From assembly GCA_050916045.1 (NCBI GenBank), contig CP051526.1:2976001-3040000 (forward strand): a stretch of 64,000 nt of DNA, in the 5' to 3' direction. Shown here in pieces: positions 19,352-28,629 of this stretch. Both the position numbers and the translations under genes were made by a program. The notes below the pieces were generated by a model. The model searched no databases, was not told where the DNA came from, and worked only from the letters and a program-made list of their open reading frames with translations. How positions within the stretch are numbered: position 1 is the stretch's first letter; every line of letters starts with the position of its first letter. Source of the DNA: Tepidisphaera sp. (GTDB taxonomy: Bacteria; Planctomycetota; Phycisphaerae; Phycisphaerales; UBA1924).

Positions 19352-19828
19352 ATGAACAACGCCACCCTCGTCGCCACCGACCGCAATCACATCCGGATTG
19401 ATCAAGGCGGCACGGGACGACCCCGCGTCTGGACAACCGTGTCGTTTGTTGTGGCAACGCTCGCCGCCATTGTCGCGTGGAGTGCCGTCGCGGTCCTCTC
19501 GATGGTGTTCGTACCAAAGGCTCTCGAACCACTGCAGGATTTCGCCGTCACCGGATCGACGCTGACCCGACTCTCGGGCTCCATCAGCGCGTGGATGCTC
19601 GGCCTGAACGCGGGGCAGGCTTTGCCGGGATGGACGATCGCTCTGAGCGTCGGGATGCTGGCGTTTCTGGGCTTGGGCTTCTTGTCGGCCCGGCATCGCG
19701 GAATCGCCGCCGCCGGTGCGTTCGTGCTCACCCTCATCGGCGTGTTGCTTGCAATCGTTCTCTTCTTGGGCATGTACGACGGCGTTTCGCAGCTCACGAC
19801 CTCGCTTGAAGCAGGACCTTCGCGTTAA
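19352..19828 (+). CDS. Hypothetical membrane protein
   Basis: Three hydrophobic helices. Confidence 0.65.
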   Translation: MNNATLVATDRNHIRIDQGGTGRPRVWTTVSFVVATLAAIVAWSAVAVLSMVFVPKALEPLQDFAVTGSTLTRLSGSISAWMLGLNAGQALPGWTIALSVGMLAFLGLGFLSARHRGIAAAGAFVLTLIGVLLAIVLFLGMYDGVSQLTTSLEAGPSR

Positions 19829-19889
19829 GACGGGATTCTGAGAGCCGTGCTCATCGAGCAAGCCGCCGCCACGCCCGTTACGATCGCTC

Positions 19890-20681
19890 ATGACCACCCC
19901 GCTCGCCGAACGCTTCGCCTTCGCCAAAGCCATCGCCAGAGAGGCTGGCGATCTCACGCTCACGCACTTCCGCAAGCGCGGGCTCGCGGTGGACACCAAG
20001 CGCGACGGCTCGCCCGTCACCGTCGCCGACCGCGAGGCTGAGCAACGCCTGCGCGCTCTCGTCGAAGCCCGCTTCCCCGCTGACGCGATCCTCGGCGAAG
20101 AATTCGGCGACAAGCCCGGCACGTCCGGCTTCCGCTGGGTCTTTGACCCCATCGACGGCACCAAATCTTTCGTGAGCGGCGTGCCGCTTTACGGCACCAT
20201 GGTCGCCTGCATGCACAACGCCGACCCCGTCATCGGCGTCATCAACATGCCCGCTCTCGGCGAGCTCGTCGCGGCGGCCAAGGGCCTGGGCTGCACGCTC
20301 GAACGCGCCGGCCACACGCCAGAGCCCGCCCGCGTCTCCGGCGTCCGCGACCTCAAGGAAGCCATCTTCGTCTACACCGCTCCCGAGGTCTACACGCAAG
20401 CCGGCAAGTGGCCCCTCTTCGAACGCATGAGCCACGCGACTCGCCTCTCGCGCGGCTGGAGCGATTGCTACGGCTGCGTCCTCGTCGCCACCGGTCGAGC
20501 CGACATCTGGGTCGAGCCGACCGTCGCCCTGTGGGACGTGGCCGCCGCGGTCCCGATCATCGAAGAAGCCGGCGGCCGCTACACCGACCTCTCCGGCCGC
20601 CGCGACGCGACGACAGGGTCCTGCATCGCGACCAACGGGCACCTTCACGAGGCAGCGATGAAGGTCGTCCAATCATCCTGA
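19890..20681 (+). CDS. Inositol monophosphatase family protein (HisN-like)
   Basis: PVTVADREAE, ILGEEFG, WVFDPIDGTKSF, WDVAA..IIEEAGG. Confidence 0.93.
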   Translation: MTTPLAERFAFAKAIAREAGDLTLTHFRKRGLAVDTKRDGSPVTVADREAEQRLRALVEARFPADAILGEEFGDKPGTSGFRWVFDPIDGTKSFVSGVPLYGTMVACMHNADPVIGVINMPALGELVAAAKGLGCTLERAGHTPEPARVSGVRDLKEAIFVYTAPEVYTQAGKWPLFERMSHATRLSRGWSDCYGCVLVATGRADIWVEPTVALWDVAAAVPIIEEAGGRYTDLSGRRDATTGSCIATNGHLHEAAMKVVQSS

Positions 20682-20714
20682 ACCCTCAGCGTCCGCCGGC
20701 GGTATGCTCGCGAG

Positions 20715-21458
20715 ATGTCCACCCCGTCCGGCGTCACCTGCCCCAACTGCGCCTACGCCCTCGATGGGCTGCAGGCGCTCAAGTGTCCCGAGTGCGGGTA
20801 CGTGCCCGAGCCCGAGGAGATCGCGGGGGAGACGCGGCGGCGGGTCTTCTGGGAGCTCACGCGGTTCTCGCAGTATTCCTGGCTTGCGATCATCGTGGCG
20901 CTCGGGGTTCTCGCGTCCATGATGCTCGAGAGCATGCGGACGCGGAGTGAGCTCATCGTCCTGCTCGCCTTCATCGCGCCCGTCTACCTCATCCTCGGCT
21001 TCGGAGCCCAGACCGCCATCGCCAACCGCTGCCCCCAAGCGTACCGGCCGCTGGTCCGCCGGCTCTGGCGTGTCGGGCTGCTCTGGCTTCAGGTCCCGTG
21101 GCTCTTCTCGGGCGCGGTGTTCTTCGGAGCGATGATCGGCAAGCGAATGTGGGAGAGGTTCTTCCCTTCCGCCGGTCCCAACTGGTGGAACTGGGGCGAT
21201 CTCTCGCGCGAGGAGGAGTTTGTCGCGCTGGTCGTCGGCGGAGCGGTCGGCACCGTCATCGCCCCCTGGCTTTGGCACCGCCGCTGGAAACAGCTGATCC
21301 GCATCTCGGGCCTCCCGACGCGAACGGCGGAGCAGGTCGGCTCGGGCCTCCCGATGCGCCTGACGCTCCTGCCCGGAGTGTTCTGCTTCATCGCCCCGGG
21401 CGTGATCGCACTGGTGCTTCAGGGGCTCGACTGGGTGTTCCCGGGGTGGTGGCGGTAG
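20715..21458 (+). CDS. Membrane protein with N-terminal zinc ribbon
   Basis: CPNCAYALDGL..CPECG then several TM helices; TATGCT 6 nt upstream. Confidence 0.8.
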   Translation: MSTPSGVTCPNCAYALDGLQALKCPECGYVPEPEEIAGETRRRVFWELTRFSQYSWLAIIVALGVLASMMLESMRTRSELIVLLAFIAPVYLILGFGAQTAIANRCPQAYRPLVRRLWRVGLLWLQVPWLFSGAVFFGAMIGKRMWERFFPSAGPNWWNWGDLSREEEFVALVVGGAVGTVIAPWLWHRRWKQLIRISGLPTRTAEQVGSGLPMRLTLLPGVFCFIAPGVIALVLQGLDWVFPGWWR

Positions 21459-21538
21459 GAGTTCCGTCGATCACAAGCCCGTGCCCGCGGCGCCGATCGG
21501 TGCGGTACGCCGCATCGTCATCGACTGGTTCTTTCCCA

Positions 21539-21562
21539 ACGAGCCCGCAGCGCCAGCAAGGG
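21539..21562 (-). repeat. REP-like dispersed 24-bp element, intergenic copy
   Basis: ACGAGCCCGCAGCGCCAGCAAGGG, exact reverse complement of the 18536 and 62227 copies. Confidence 0.9.
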
Positions 21563-21706
21563 GGAAGCGGCGACACGCCCTCTTCAGACGCTTCGTCACA
21601 TCTTCAGTGCTTTTCGCATCCTCCGGGTCGGCAGCTGGCACAAGTGCCCCTCTCCCCTGAGTCGAAGCGTGGCACGTTCTCCGGCAGGTGCCACCCGCCA
21701 CTCGGT

Positions 21707-24244
21707 TCAACCTCCTTGGTTGAGGTAAGACTCCACAAACAAGTCTGCATCATCCGCATCCACAGTCTCGTTCTGATCGATGTCTGCGGGAAGTTCGCCG
21801 TCCAGCCACGCCTGCACGAACTGTTCGAGATCGTCAACCGTGATCGCGCCGTCCAAATCCAGGTCCGCGGTCGGAAGGGACCTCAAGCTGCCCAACGACG
21901 AATCACTCGGTGAATTCCCGGGCGTGAGCTGAACGAGGTCGTACCGGGTCACATAGGCGCCCGGAGCGCCCTGAGCCCCGAACGTCTGAACCAGTCTCAC
22001 CTTGACCTTTCCCAAGTCAAGGCCGTTCTGGCCGACGTACGCGACGGCCACCTGACCCGGTACGCCGAATCGCACACGAAACGCGCCATCGGGAAGCGTG
22101 GACGAGTATGTCTCAAGATTCCCCAGCGAGTCACTCGTCACATCCCAACGCTTCATAACATCCCAGCGTGGAGGATCCGAGCTGTAATTCCAAACGTGAA
22201 TCTCACCAGTGAAAGGCACGTTCGACTCCTCGTTGCCGTACAGGTGCGTCCATCCTTCCAGCCGGACATCGAGCGGGTGACTTGCGCGAAACTCGGCGTC
22301 GGCGTTGGCAATCTTGAAATCGACATACACGATCGTCGAACTGGACTCGTTTCGAGTCGCCACCGTCCTCGGTGCCCCATTATGGAGCAGCGTGAACTCA
22401 AGCTTGTTCTTGTCGCCGTCGTCCGGCGGTTGAGTCACACCGCTTCCGCCCTGACCGGTGTTGAACAGTCGGACGTACCGCGTGATGCGCGTCGAATACA
22501 CCTTGCGGATCTCGTGCGATGTCGCCGCCCACGAATCGTCGATGATCCGCTGCTTGTCTTCTTGCGACATCTCTGAGTTATCCGGCCGTCTGGTCGGCCA
22601 CTCCGTAAAGAGCTGCATCTCCGCGAGATTCTTCGCTCGAAGCATACACACCATTGTCCGGAACGATTCCGGCGTGCGGGCCGATTCCCAGATGGGCTCA
22701 CCGTCCGCCCGGATGCCCACCATCTCGATCCACGGCACCATCCGCTTCTCGCCGTACTCCTGCCCGTCGGAATTGATCGACGATTCAACCGTCTCGCGGT
22801 GCATCCGCATCGTCGTCTGCCACGGTGTCTCAACCGGGTAGTCCCCGTTGACATCCGGGATGCCGTAGAGGTCGTTTCGGCGGCAAGCCTCGTAGTAAGG
22901 CGCGTAATTGCCCGGTTGGTCCTTGATTCCATACAGGTAGGGGCTGTCGACATCGCCCTTCGCCCACCGCCGCGTGCTCAGCCATCGCTGACCGGTGTTC
23001 GTGTAGTACCCGATGCCGCCCCACGCCGTGTTCACGAAGGAGCGGGGCAGAGATTTGGTCATGATCACATAGCTCGGCACATACGGCAGGACGGAAGGGT
23101 TCACAGGGCTGGTTACGTTCCAGTAGGCGTTGGGTGCGCTCGGAGACCGATCCTGCACCCAACCGCTCCGGCCGGCAACCGCGACACCGTCACAGCGGAA
23201 GTCGTCGTAGTTCCCGCAGCGAACCTTGTAGGTGCCATCCGGGTTCTGATCCGGCCAGCCGACGGAGCTATGGACCACGTCGTACACGCAGTTCCACATC
23301 ACATAGTCTTCGACCCTCGCCGTGAGTTCGTCCCACCACCGTGTGTAGGAGTTGTTGGCCGCGTCCCAAGGTCCGTTACCAGGAGCAAAGCTCTGGGCAG
23401 CGACCAAAGCATTGGCGGGCCACACCGCCGCACCCAATTCACTCAGCTGCCGCGCCCGTTCATCCTGATAAAGCTCTTCAAGGGTCTTGTTCCCCCACGC
23501 GGGAATGCGGTATTTCGGATCGTTCGTCGGATTTGTCCAGATCGTGGAGTAATACTCCGTCATCAGCGCCCGAAGCATCTTGTTCGCCGGGACTGAGCCG
23601 GGCCTTGCCATGTACGGCTCACTGTCCAAGTAGAACCGCTCGGGAGTAATTCCGGCAGGCAACGCCGCTTTCAAGGCGATCACGAACTCGGTGAACCACA
23701 ATCGCATCGGCCCATCCGGCCTTGCGTTCGCGAGAAAAGGATGGCGGTACCAGCGAGCGTCAGCATCATCCCACGCTGAATCCGGCCCCTCCGTCACCGT
23801 CAGCCGCCGATCATCGTCTCTGGGCAGTCCAGTGGTCGGATTCGGCAGTCGATCCTCAAATCGGAAGAACCGCAGCGGATAATTCCAGTGACGAGGCGTC
23901 CCATCAGAAGCCCAATCATGCTCCTTTTCATCTCGACCAAAATTTTTGATGAACACGCAGATTGGTCGATCTGCCGCCGTGAAGTTACCACGGTACGCGA
24001 CGATGGCCGCCGCTGCTTCCTGCGCAACCGCAGCGGCGGGTCTTGCGGATTGTGTGTTGGCGTTGTACGCCTCCACATAGATCGTCTGCCGCACATACGG
24101 ATCAGCGTTGTCCCACCCCGTTGGGATCAGCGACGACCAACACAGGAATTTCGGGTACGTAAAGGTCTCGACGGGCTGAGCCGAGGCCACGACCGAGAAC
24201 AAGGACATCAGAACCGAAGAAGCCAAGGCATTTGTATGACGCAT
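21707..24244 (-). CDS. Large secreted protein with C-terminal dockerin-like domain
   Basis: Signal peptide ending ASAQ; C-terminal TADLDLDGAITVDD...ADIDQNETVDADD; AAGGA SD; lower GC. Confidence 0.82.
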   Translation of the reverse strand: MRHTNALASSVLMSLFSVVASAQPVETFTYPKFLCWSSLIPTGWDNADPYVRQTIYVEAYNANTQSARPAAAVAQEAAAAIVAYRGNFTAADRPICVFIKNFGRDEKEHDWASDGTPRHWNYPLRFFRFEDRLPNPTTGLPRDDDRRLTVTEGPDSAWDDADARWYRHPFLANARPDGPMRLWFTEFVIALKAALPAGITPERFYLDSEPYMARPGSVPANKMLRALMTEYYSTIWTNPTNDPKYRIPAWGNKTLEELYQDERARQLSELGAAVWPANALVAAQSFAPGNGPWDAANNSYTRWWDELTARVEDYVMWNCVYDVVHSSVGWPDQNPDGTYKVRCGNYDDFRCDGVAVAGRSGWVQDRSPSAPNAYWNVTSPVNPSVLPYVPSYVIMTKSLPRSFVNTAWGGIGYYTNTGQRWLSTRRWAKGDVDSPYLYGIKDQPGNYAPYYEACRRNDLYGIPDVNGDYPVETPWQTTMRMHRETVESSINSDGQEYGEKRMVPWIEMVGIRADGEPIWESARTPESFRTMVCMLRAKNLAEMQLFTEWPTRRPDNSEMSQEDKQRIIDDSWAATSHEIRKVYSTRITRYVRLFNTGQGGSGVTQPPDDGDKNKLEFTLLHNGAPRTVATRNESSSTIVYVDFKIANADAEFRASHPLDVRLEGWTHLYGNEESNVPFTGEIHVWNYSSDPPRWDVMKRWDVTSDSLGNLETYSSTLPDGAFRVRFGVPGQVAVAYVGQNGLDLGKVKVRLVQTFGAQGAPGAYVTRYDLVQLTPGNSPSDSSLGSLRSLPTADLDLDGAITVDDLEQFVQAWLDGELPADIDQNETVDADDADLFVESYLNQGG

Positions 24245-24272
24245 GACGATCTTTCCTTGCAAAGACTCGCTT

Positions 24273-25367
24273 TCAACGACGACTGCGGAGTATGGCAACC
24301 GTGACACCCATAACCGCAACGGAAGACGGTGCGGGAATCGTGACGAGGAATGTGGTTCCGGGGCGTCCTATTCCGCTCACATAACCAGTGAATGTGCGAC
24401 CGTCTCCGGATACTCGCACTGCTCCGTCGATCCTCCACGCAGACTCGAATGGAACACCAAGCCGCCGCAAGTAGTCGACCAGCGGCTCCACGCCTCCTCG
24501 ACCATCGAAGACTGCGGCATAATCAATGAAATTCTCGTCGCTAGCGAACCCCAAGATAACGCTCCCATCATCACTAATGGACGTGGCGTGGCTGTACTCG
24601 CCATAGAGGAGTTCCGGCACGCCATCGCGCCAGATCATCGCACGGTTGTTCTCCGTATGCCCCACGATCAACGAAGCGTCATGATTCGCCGCCAGCGCCG
24701 CTCCCGCTCGGAGCGGATTTCCCGGCAAATCCTGCAACGCCCGAATGCCTCCGGAACGTGTCCAGATGAACGCGTCCGTCGAGTCGATCCCCACGCTGAC
24801 CCCCACGATCGCGTTGCCATCCCGGCTCATCCCGTACGCTTTGGTCAGCAGGTGCCCGGGTCTCGTGGTGCCGAGCGATTCAACGCCCGTCTCCGCTGTC
24901 CACACGAACGCGCCGCCGAAGATGTACCCCCGCACGCCATAGTTCCCGCAGACGACACGCCCATCGCCGCTGATCCCCGTCGCGGTGCTGTTCTCCGCTC
25001 CAAAGAGCGGATTGAGGAACGTGAACTGTCCCGGAGCCGTCGAGATGAAGGCACGCTCGGGGTAATACCGCTCACGCTCGTTGTACGGCCCCAGCGCATA
25101 CCCCGCGATCGTCGTTCCATTCTCGGCGACCGCCGTCCCCGAGCGCAGCGTGTACCGGTCTCGCGTCGCGACATACGACGTGAACCCCGACTGCGGCGTC
25201 CACGCGGCGGGTTCGCCGCGGTCGAAACCGGCACCCGCCGACCCGTCCGAGTTCATCGCGGCCACTCCGGCCCGATCACCGAACAGATAAAGCGTCTGCC
25301 CGCAGGCGGACATCGTCGCCGCCGCCATCGCCGCACCGCACACCCACATCCGCCCTAGAGACACCAT
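24273..25367 (-). CDS. HAF-repeat-like secreted protein with PEP-CTERM-like tail
   Basis: ATGISGDGRVVCG, AFVWT, AYGMSRDGNAIVG repeats; tail IPAPSSVAVMGVTVAILRSRR; GGAGGAGG SD. Confidence 0.85.
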   Translation of the reverse strand: MVSLGRMWVCGAAMAAATMSACGQTLYLFGDRAGVAAMNSDGSAGAGFDRGEPAAWTPQSGFTSYVATRDRYTLRSGTAVAENGTTIAGYALGPYNERERYYPERAFISTAPGQFTFLNPLFGAENSTATGISGDGRVVCGNYGVRGYIFGGAFVWTAETGVESLGTTRPGHLLTKAYGMSRDGNAIVGVSVGIDSTDAFIWTRSGGIRALQDLPGNPLRAGAALAANHDASLIVGHTENNRAMIWRDGVPELLYGEYSHATSISDDGSVILGFASDENFIDYAAVFDGRGGVEPLVDYLRRLGVPFESAWRIDGAVRVSGDGRTFTGYVSGIGRPGTTFLVTIPAPSSVAVMGVTVAILRSRR

Positions 25368-25468
25368 CGCAACCTCCTCCGACCCCAAATCCGGTCGCCG
25401 CTTTCGCCAGTCTACCTCCTTTGGCATCCCGTGCAAGCCCAATTGCAATAAAGCTCCCGCAACGTCCC

Positions 25469-25505
25469 AAAAAAGGACGCCGCCGAGTGGTGGGCTCGGC
25501 GGCGT
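25469..25505 (-). terminator. Intrinsic terminator
   Basis: 11-bp stem ACGCCGCCGAG/CTCGGCGGCGT followed by CCTTTTTT on the minus strand. Confidence 0.85.
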
Positions 25506-26019
25506 AAGCGACGACGGGTGAAGATCGGGAGGCTTGGTGGTGGTGGACCCGTCGCCGGTGGGAACCTTGGTTGTCGCTCCGTCCTCGCGGAGCCTGATCC
25601 TGGCAAATGCTCGGCCCGTGGTGGACCGGCCGAGCATGACAAGCCGCGCCGCGTGAGCATCCCTGCCCGTTCACCTTGCCGTTCGCATCCTTGCGAAGGA
25701 CCCCAACATCTCGGGTCCCGGCTTAGTGCCCGCACACGGCGCTTCCCTGCGGCGTCGTGCGGGTCGCGGCTTTCGCACGCTCAAGGCGAATCCTTTCGCC
25801 ACGGGCGTGCGAGGCCTTCTGCATGCGCCTTTCGGCGCTCTTCCGAACGGCCGGCACGACTTGGGGCTTCATGCCCGTCCTCGTGTCCGGCCTTGTGAAC
25901 CTCAAGAACGCGTCCTGCGTTCCTCCGGCAACCTCGCGGCCCCGGATCAATCGTGCGCCGGATCTGTCGACCCGGGCCGCACTGTCTCTCCCCCGTCCTC
26001 AACTCCGCCGTTCCACCCC
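25469..26019 (-). ncRNA. Candidate CsrA/RsmA-titrating (CsrB/Rsm-like) structured RNA or long mraZ 3' UTR
   Basis: At least six minus-strand hairpins with GGA in the loop, two matching CARGGAUG, ending in an intrinsic terminator; no convincing ORF. 5' end uncertain. Confidence 0.5.
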
Positions 26020-26475
26020 TCAACCGTTCTGTCCGCTCGCGTTCAGCTTCGCCACCAGCATCGGCAGCTCGTTGAAGCGTTTGTCCGCCGTCTCCTGCCA
26101 AGCCTTGCGATCGTGGATCTCAAGCCTGTCCTTCGCCCCCACCACCATCACTTCCGACCCCAGCCCGACCCGTTCCTGAAGCGTCTTGGGAATCGCGATC
26201 CGATGCGTCGAATCCGGCTCCAAGGTCTCGGCCATCCCGTACAGCGTCGACTGCAACGACGCCAGCTCGTCTCCCGGCGTCAGGCTCGAAACACCCTGCG
26301 ACGCCAGCCGCTCGAACTCGCGTTCCGTGTACACGCGGAGGACTCCGCCCGGCCACGGCACGCACACCCAGTTGACCCCGTCCTTTTCCTGAACGACCTT
26401 GTTCCGGAACTTGGCGGGAATCGACAGCCGTCCCTTGGCGTCAATCGTGGCTTCAGCGTTTCCGGTGAATGTCAC
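26020..26475 (-). CDS. mraZ: Division/cell wall cluster transcriptional repressor MraZ
   Basis: FTGNAEATIDAKGRLSIPAKFR, DSTHRIAIP, VVGAKDRLEIHD. Confidence 0.95.
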   Translation of the reverse strand: MTFTGNAEATIDAKGRLSIPAKFRNKVVQEKDGVNWVCVPWPGGVLRVYTEREFERLASQGVSSLTPGDELASLQSTLYGMAETLEPDSTHRIAIPKTLQERVGLGSEVMVVGAKDRLEIHDRKAWQETADKRFNELPMLVAKLNASGQNG

Positions 26476-26512
26476 GGCTGTCCTTCAGGGGCGTCTGGGT
26501 CTGAGGCATGGG

Positions 26513-26575
26513 ATTCTCTCCCACTTTGCCCCACTTGTCAACACGACACCCCACTCTTCGACCACTTTGCCCCAC
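26513..26575 (-). promoter_or_regulatory. mraZ promoter overlapped by MraZ-type GTGG direct repeats
   Basis: Minus strand TTGACA (26536-26541), 17 nt, GAGAAT (26513-26518); CCAC at 26521, 26531, 26551, 26562, 26572 (~10-bp period). Confidence 0.8.
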
Positions 26576-26705
26576 TGCTGACAAGTTTTTTGGCGTTTTT
26601 TTCAAGCCCGACCGGACCCCGAATGGATAACCGCGAAACTGACCTGGGCGACTTCCCGGTCCGGCTGGATCCGCACCCCGATCCGGTCGATGTTCGAGGT
26701 GCTTC

Positions 26706-27203
26706 ATGCTCGACCTGACGCCCCAGGACGCTTCCGCCGCGCTCGCGACGCTCACCACGTCGTGGTATGTGATGACCGGCGCGCACGAGGGAAAGCGTTC
26801 GGGGATGCTGGTCAAGTGGGTGAGCCAGTGCGCGGACCAGCCGCCGCTTCTGGCGGTCGCGATCTTCCGGGGTCACTGGGTGGAGACGCTGATCCGCGAC
26901 AGCCACTGCTTTGGCCTGTGCCTGCTGGACCCGACGGACCGGTTGACGGCCCGGAAGTTCGCGGAGACGGGCCCGCGTGATAACGCGAAGAAGGACATCG
27001 ATCCCTTCGATGCGCTGCAGGTCGAAACGCTCGTGACGGGCGCCCCGCTCCTGAAACGAAGCCCGGTGGTCTTTGACTGCCTGGTCGTCCGGCATCTGGA
27101 TCTGGAAGCCGACCACTCGCTCTACATCGCGCAGGTGATGAGCGGCCGCGTGCACGAAGCTCAGCCGGCCAAGCGGCACCAGAACGGCACCCACCACCCG
27201 TAA
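26706..27203 (+). CDS. Flavin reductase family protein
   Basis: GMLVKWVSQC..PPLLAVAI, TGAPLL, ADHSLYIAQV. Confidence 0.9.
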   Translation: MLDLTPQDASAALATLTTSWYVMTGAHEGKRSGMLVKWVSQCADQPPLLAVAIFRGHWVETLIRDSHCFGLCLLDPTDRLTARKFAETGPRDNAKKDIDPFDALQVETLVTGAPLLKRSPVVFDCLVVRHLDLEADHSLYIAQVMSGRVHEAQPAKRHQNGTHHP

Positions 27204-27239
27204 CCGCCGCAAAGGCCCGTTCGCGCCTACCGTGTATCG

Positions 27240-28361
27240 ATGACGATCGATATGCCATTCGCCGCGACCGCCTCTTCACGCCCCATGGTGGCGGCCAATC
27301 GCTACGGTGTTGATTACCGCGAAGTGGCCGGGCGGCTTGGCTTGCCCCGAAGGCCGATCATCGACGCTCACCTCCATATCAACGGCGGAGCCGCCGCCCG
27401 GATCTTCCGCGATGCCGCCGATGCGTACGGCATCGGCCGGGTGTACTCGCAGACGCGGCCGGATCAGGTCGCCGAGGTCGCCAAGGTTCTGGGCGACCGC
27501 GTCCGGTTTGTCTCGATTCCTGCATTCAACGAGAAGGACCGCAAGCAGGCGTTCGGCCCGGGGTATCTGGACGTCATCCGGCGTCTGCACGGCGAGTACG
27601 GAGCGGGGATGGTCAAGTTCTGGAACGCGCCGCGGCTCCGCGACCTTTTGGACGGACCGGGTGCGGAAGAGTTCATCCCGTTCGACGCTCCGTGGCGTGT
27701 GAAAGCCGCTGAGCTTGCGATGAGCCTGGGGATGATGTTCAAAGCCCACGTCGCGGACCCGGACACGTGGTTCCGGACGAAGTACGCGGACGCTTCCAAG
27801 TACGGGACCAAGCTCGGCGCGTATGAGAGCCTGGAGCGGATGATCGATCGGTTCCCGGCGCCGTGGATCGCGGCCCACATGGGCGGCTGGCCGGAGGACC
27901 TCGCGTTCCTCGACGGGCTTCTCGGGCGTCACCCCAACCTCTATCTGGACTCGTCCGCGACCAAGTGGATCGTGCGCGAGATGTCCAAGCACACCCGCGA
28001 GGACGTGCTTGCGTTCATGATCCGCTGGAAGGGCCGGATTCTCTTCGGCTCGGACATTGTGACGACGGATGAGCACCTCGCGCCGGCTCCCGAGAAAGCT
28101 CACCCCATGGGCGACCTCGCCGACAGCCCGGAAGCCGCTTTTGACCTTTACGCCAGCCGTTACGCGGCGCTGCGGGCGATGTGGGAGACGTCGTGGGAGG
28201 GCGAAAGCCCGATCGCGGATCCGGACCTGATGATGACCGAGCCGCAGAAGTACAGCGCGATGTCAGCGCCGACGCTGAAAGGCTTCGCGCTGCCGCGGGA
28301 TGTGCTTGACTCGTTCTACCACGACGCGGCGGCGACGCTTCTGGCGAAGTACTACAAGTGA
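27240..28361 (+). CDS. Amidohydrolase family protein
   Basis: IIDAHLH, MVKF, HVADPD, IAAHMGG, NLYLDSS, RILFGSD. Confidence 0.9.
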   Translation: MTIDMPFAATASSRPMVAANRYGVDYREVAGRLGLPRRPIIDAHLHINGGAAARIFRDAADAYGIGRVYSQTRPDQVAEVAKVLGDRVRFVSIPAFNEKDRKQAFGPGYLDVIRRLHGEYGAGMVKFWNAPRLRDLLDGPGAEEFIPFDAPWRVKAAELAMSLGMMFKAHVADPDTWFRTKYADASKYGTKLGAYESLERMIDRFPAPWIAAHMGGWPEDLAFLDGLLGRHPNLYLDSSATKWIVREMSKHTREDVLAFMIRWKGRILFGSDIVTTDEHLAPAPEKAHPMGDLADSPEAAFDLYASRYAALRAMWETSWEGESPIADPDLMMTEPQKYSAMSAPTLKGFALPRDVLDSFYHDAAATLLAKYYK

Positions 28362-28364
28362 GCT

Positions 28365-28580
28365 TCAGTCCGGCTCGCCGGGCTCGATGGAATCCTGCCG
28401 CCTGCGGACCTCGTCGGCGTGGACGAGCCTGGTTTCGATCGCGCCAAGGCGTTTGAGCACTTCGGTCAGCCGCTGATTGAGCGCCAGGATCTGCTGGGCG
28501 AGCTGGTCGACCTTGTGGTCGGAGAACGCTTGCGATTCCTCGAGCTTGAGCAGCCGGTCATCCGGGGTCGAATCGGGCAT
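28365..28580 (-). CDS. SlyX family protein
   Basis: RLLKLEESQAFSDHKVDQL coiled coil; GAGGA SD. Confidence 0.8.
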   Translation of the reverse strand: MPDSTPDDRLLKLEESQAFSDHKVDQLAQQILALNQRLTEVLKRLGAIETRLVHADEVRRRQDSIEPGEPD

Positions 28581-28629
28581 GCGTTCCTCCGTGGCGGCGG
28601 GGTGCCGCCGAGAGTGATAGGCTCATTGG

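Noticed and set aside
21471..21710. 79-aa minus-strand ORF overlapping the dockerin gene stop
   Set aside because: No motif, and it spans a REP-like copy; probably spurious.
25723..25950. Small basic ORF (MKPQVVPAVRK...) downstream of mraZ
   Set aside because: No recognisable homology, and the region is better explained by GGA hairpins; not fully excluded, since a GAGGA precedes its ATG.
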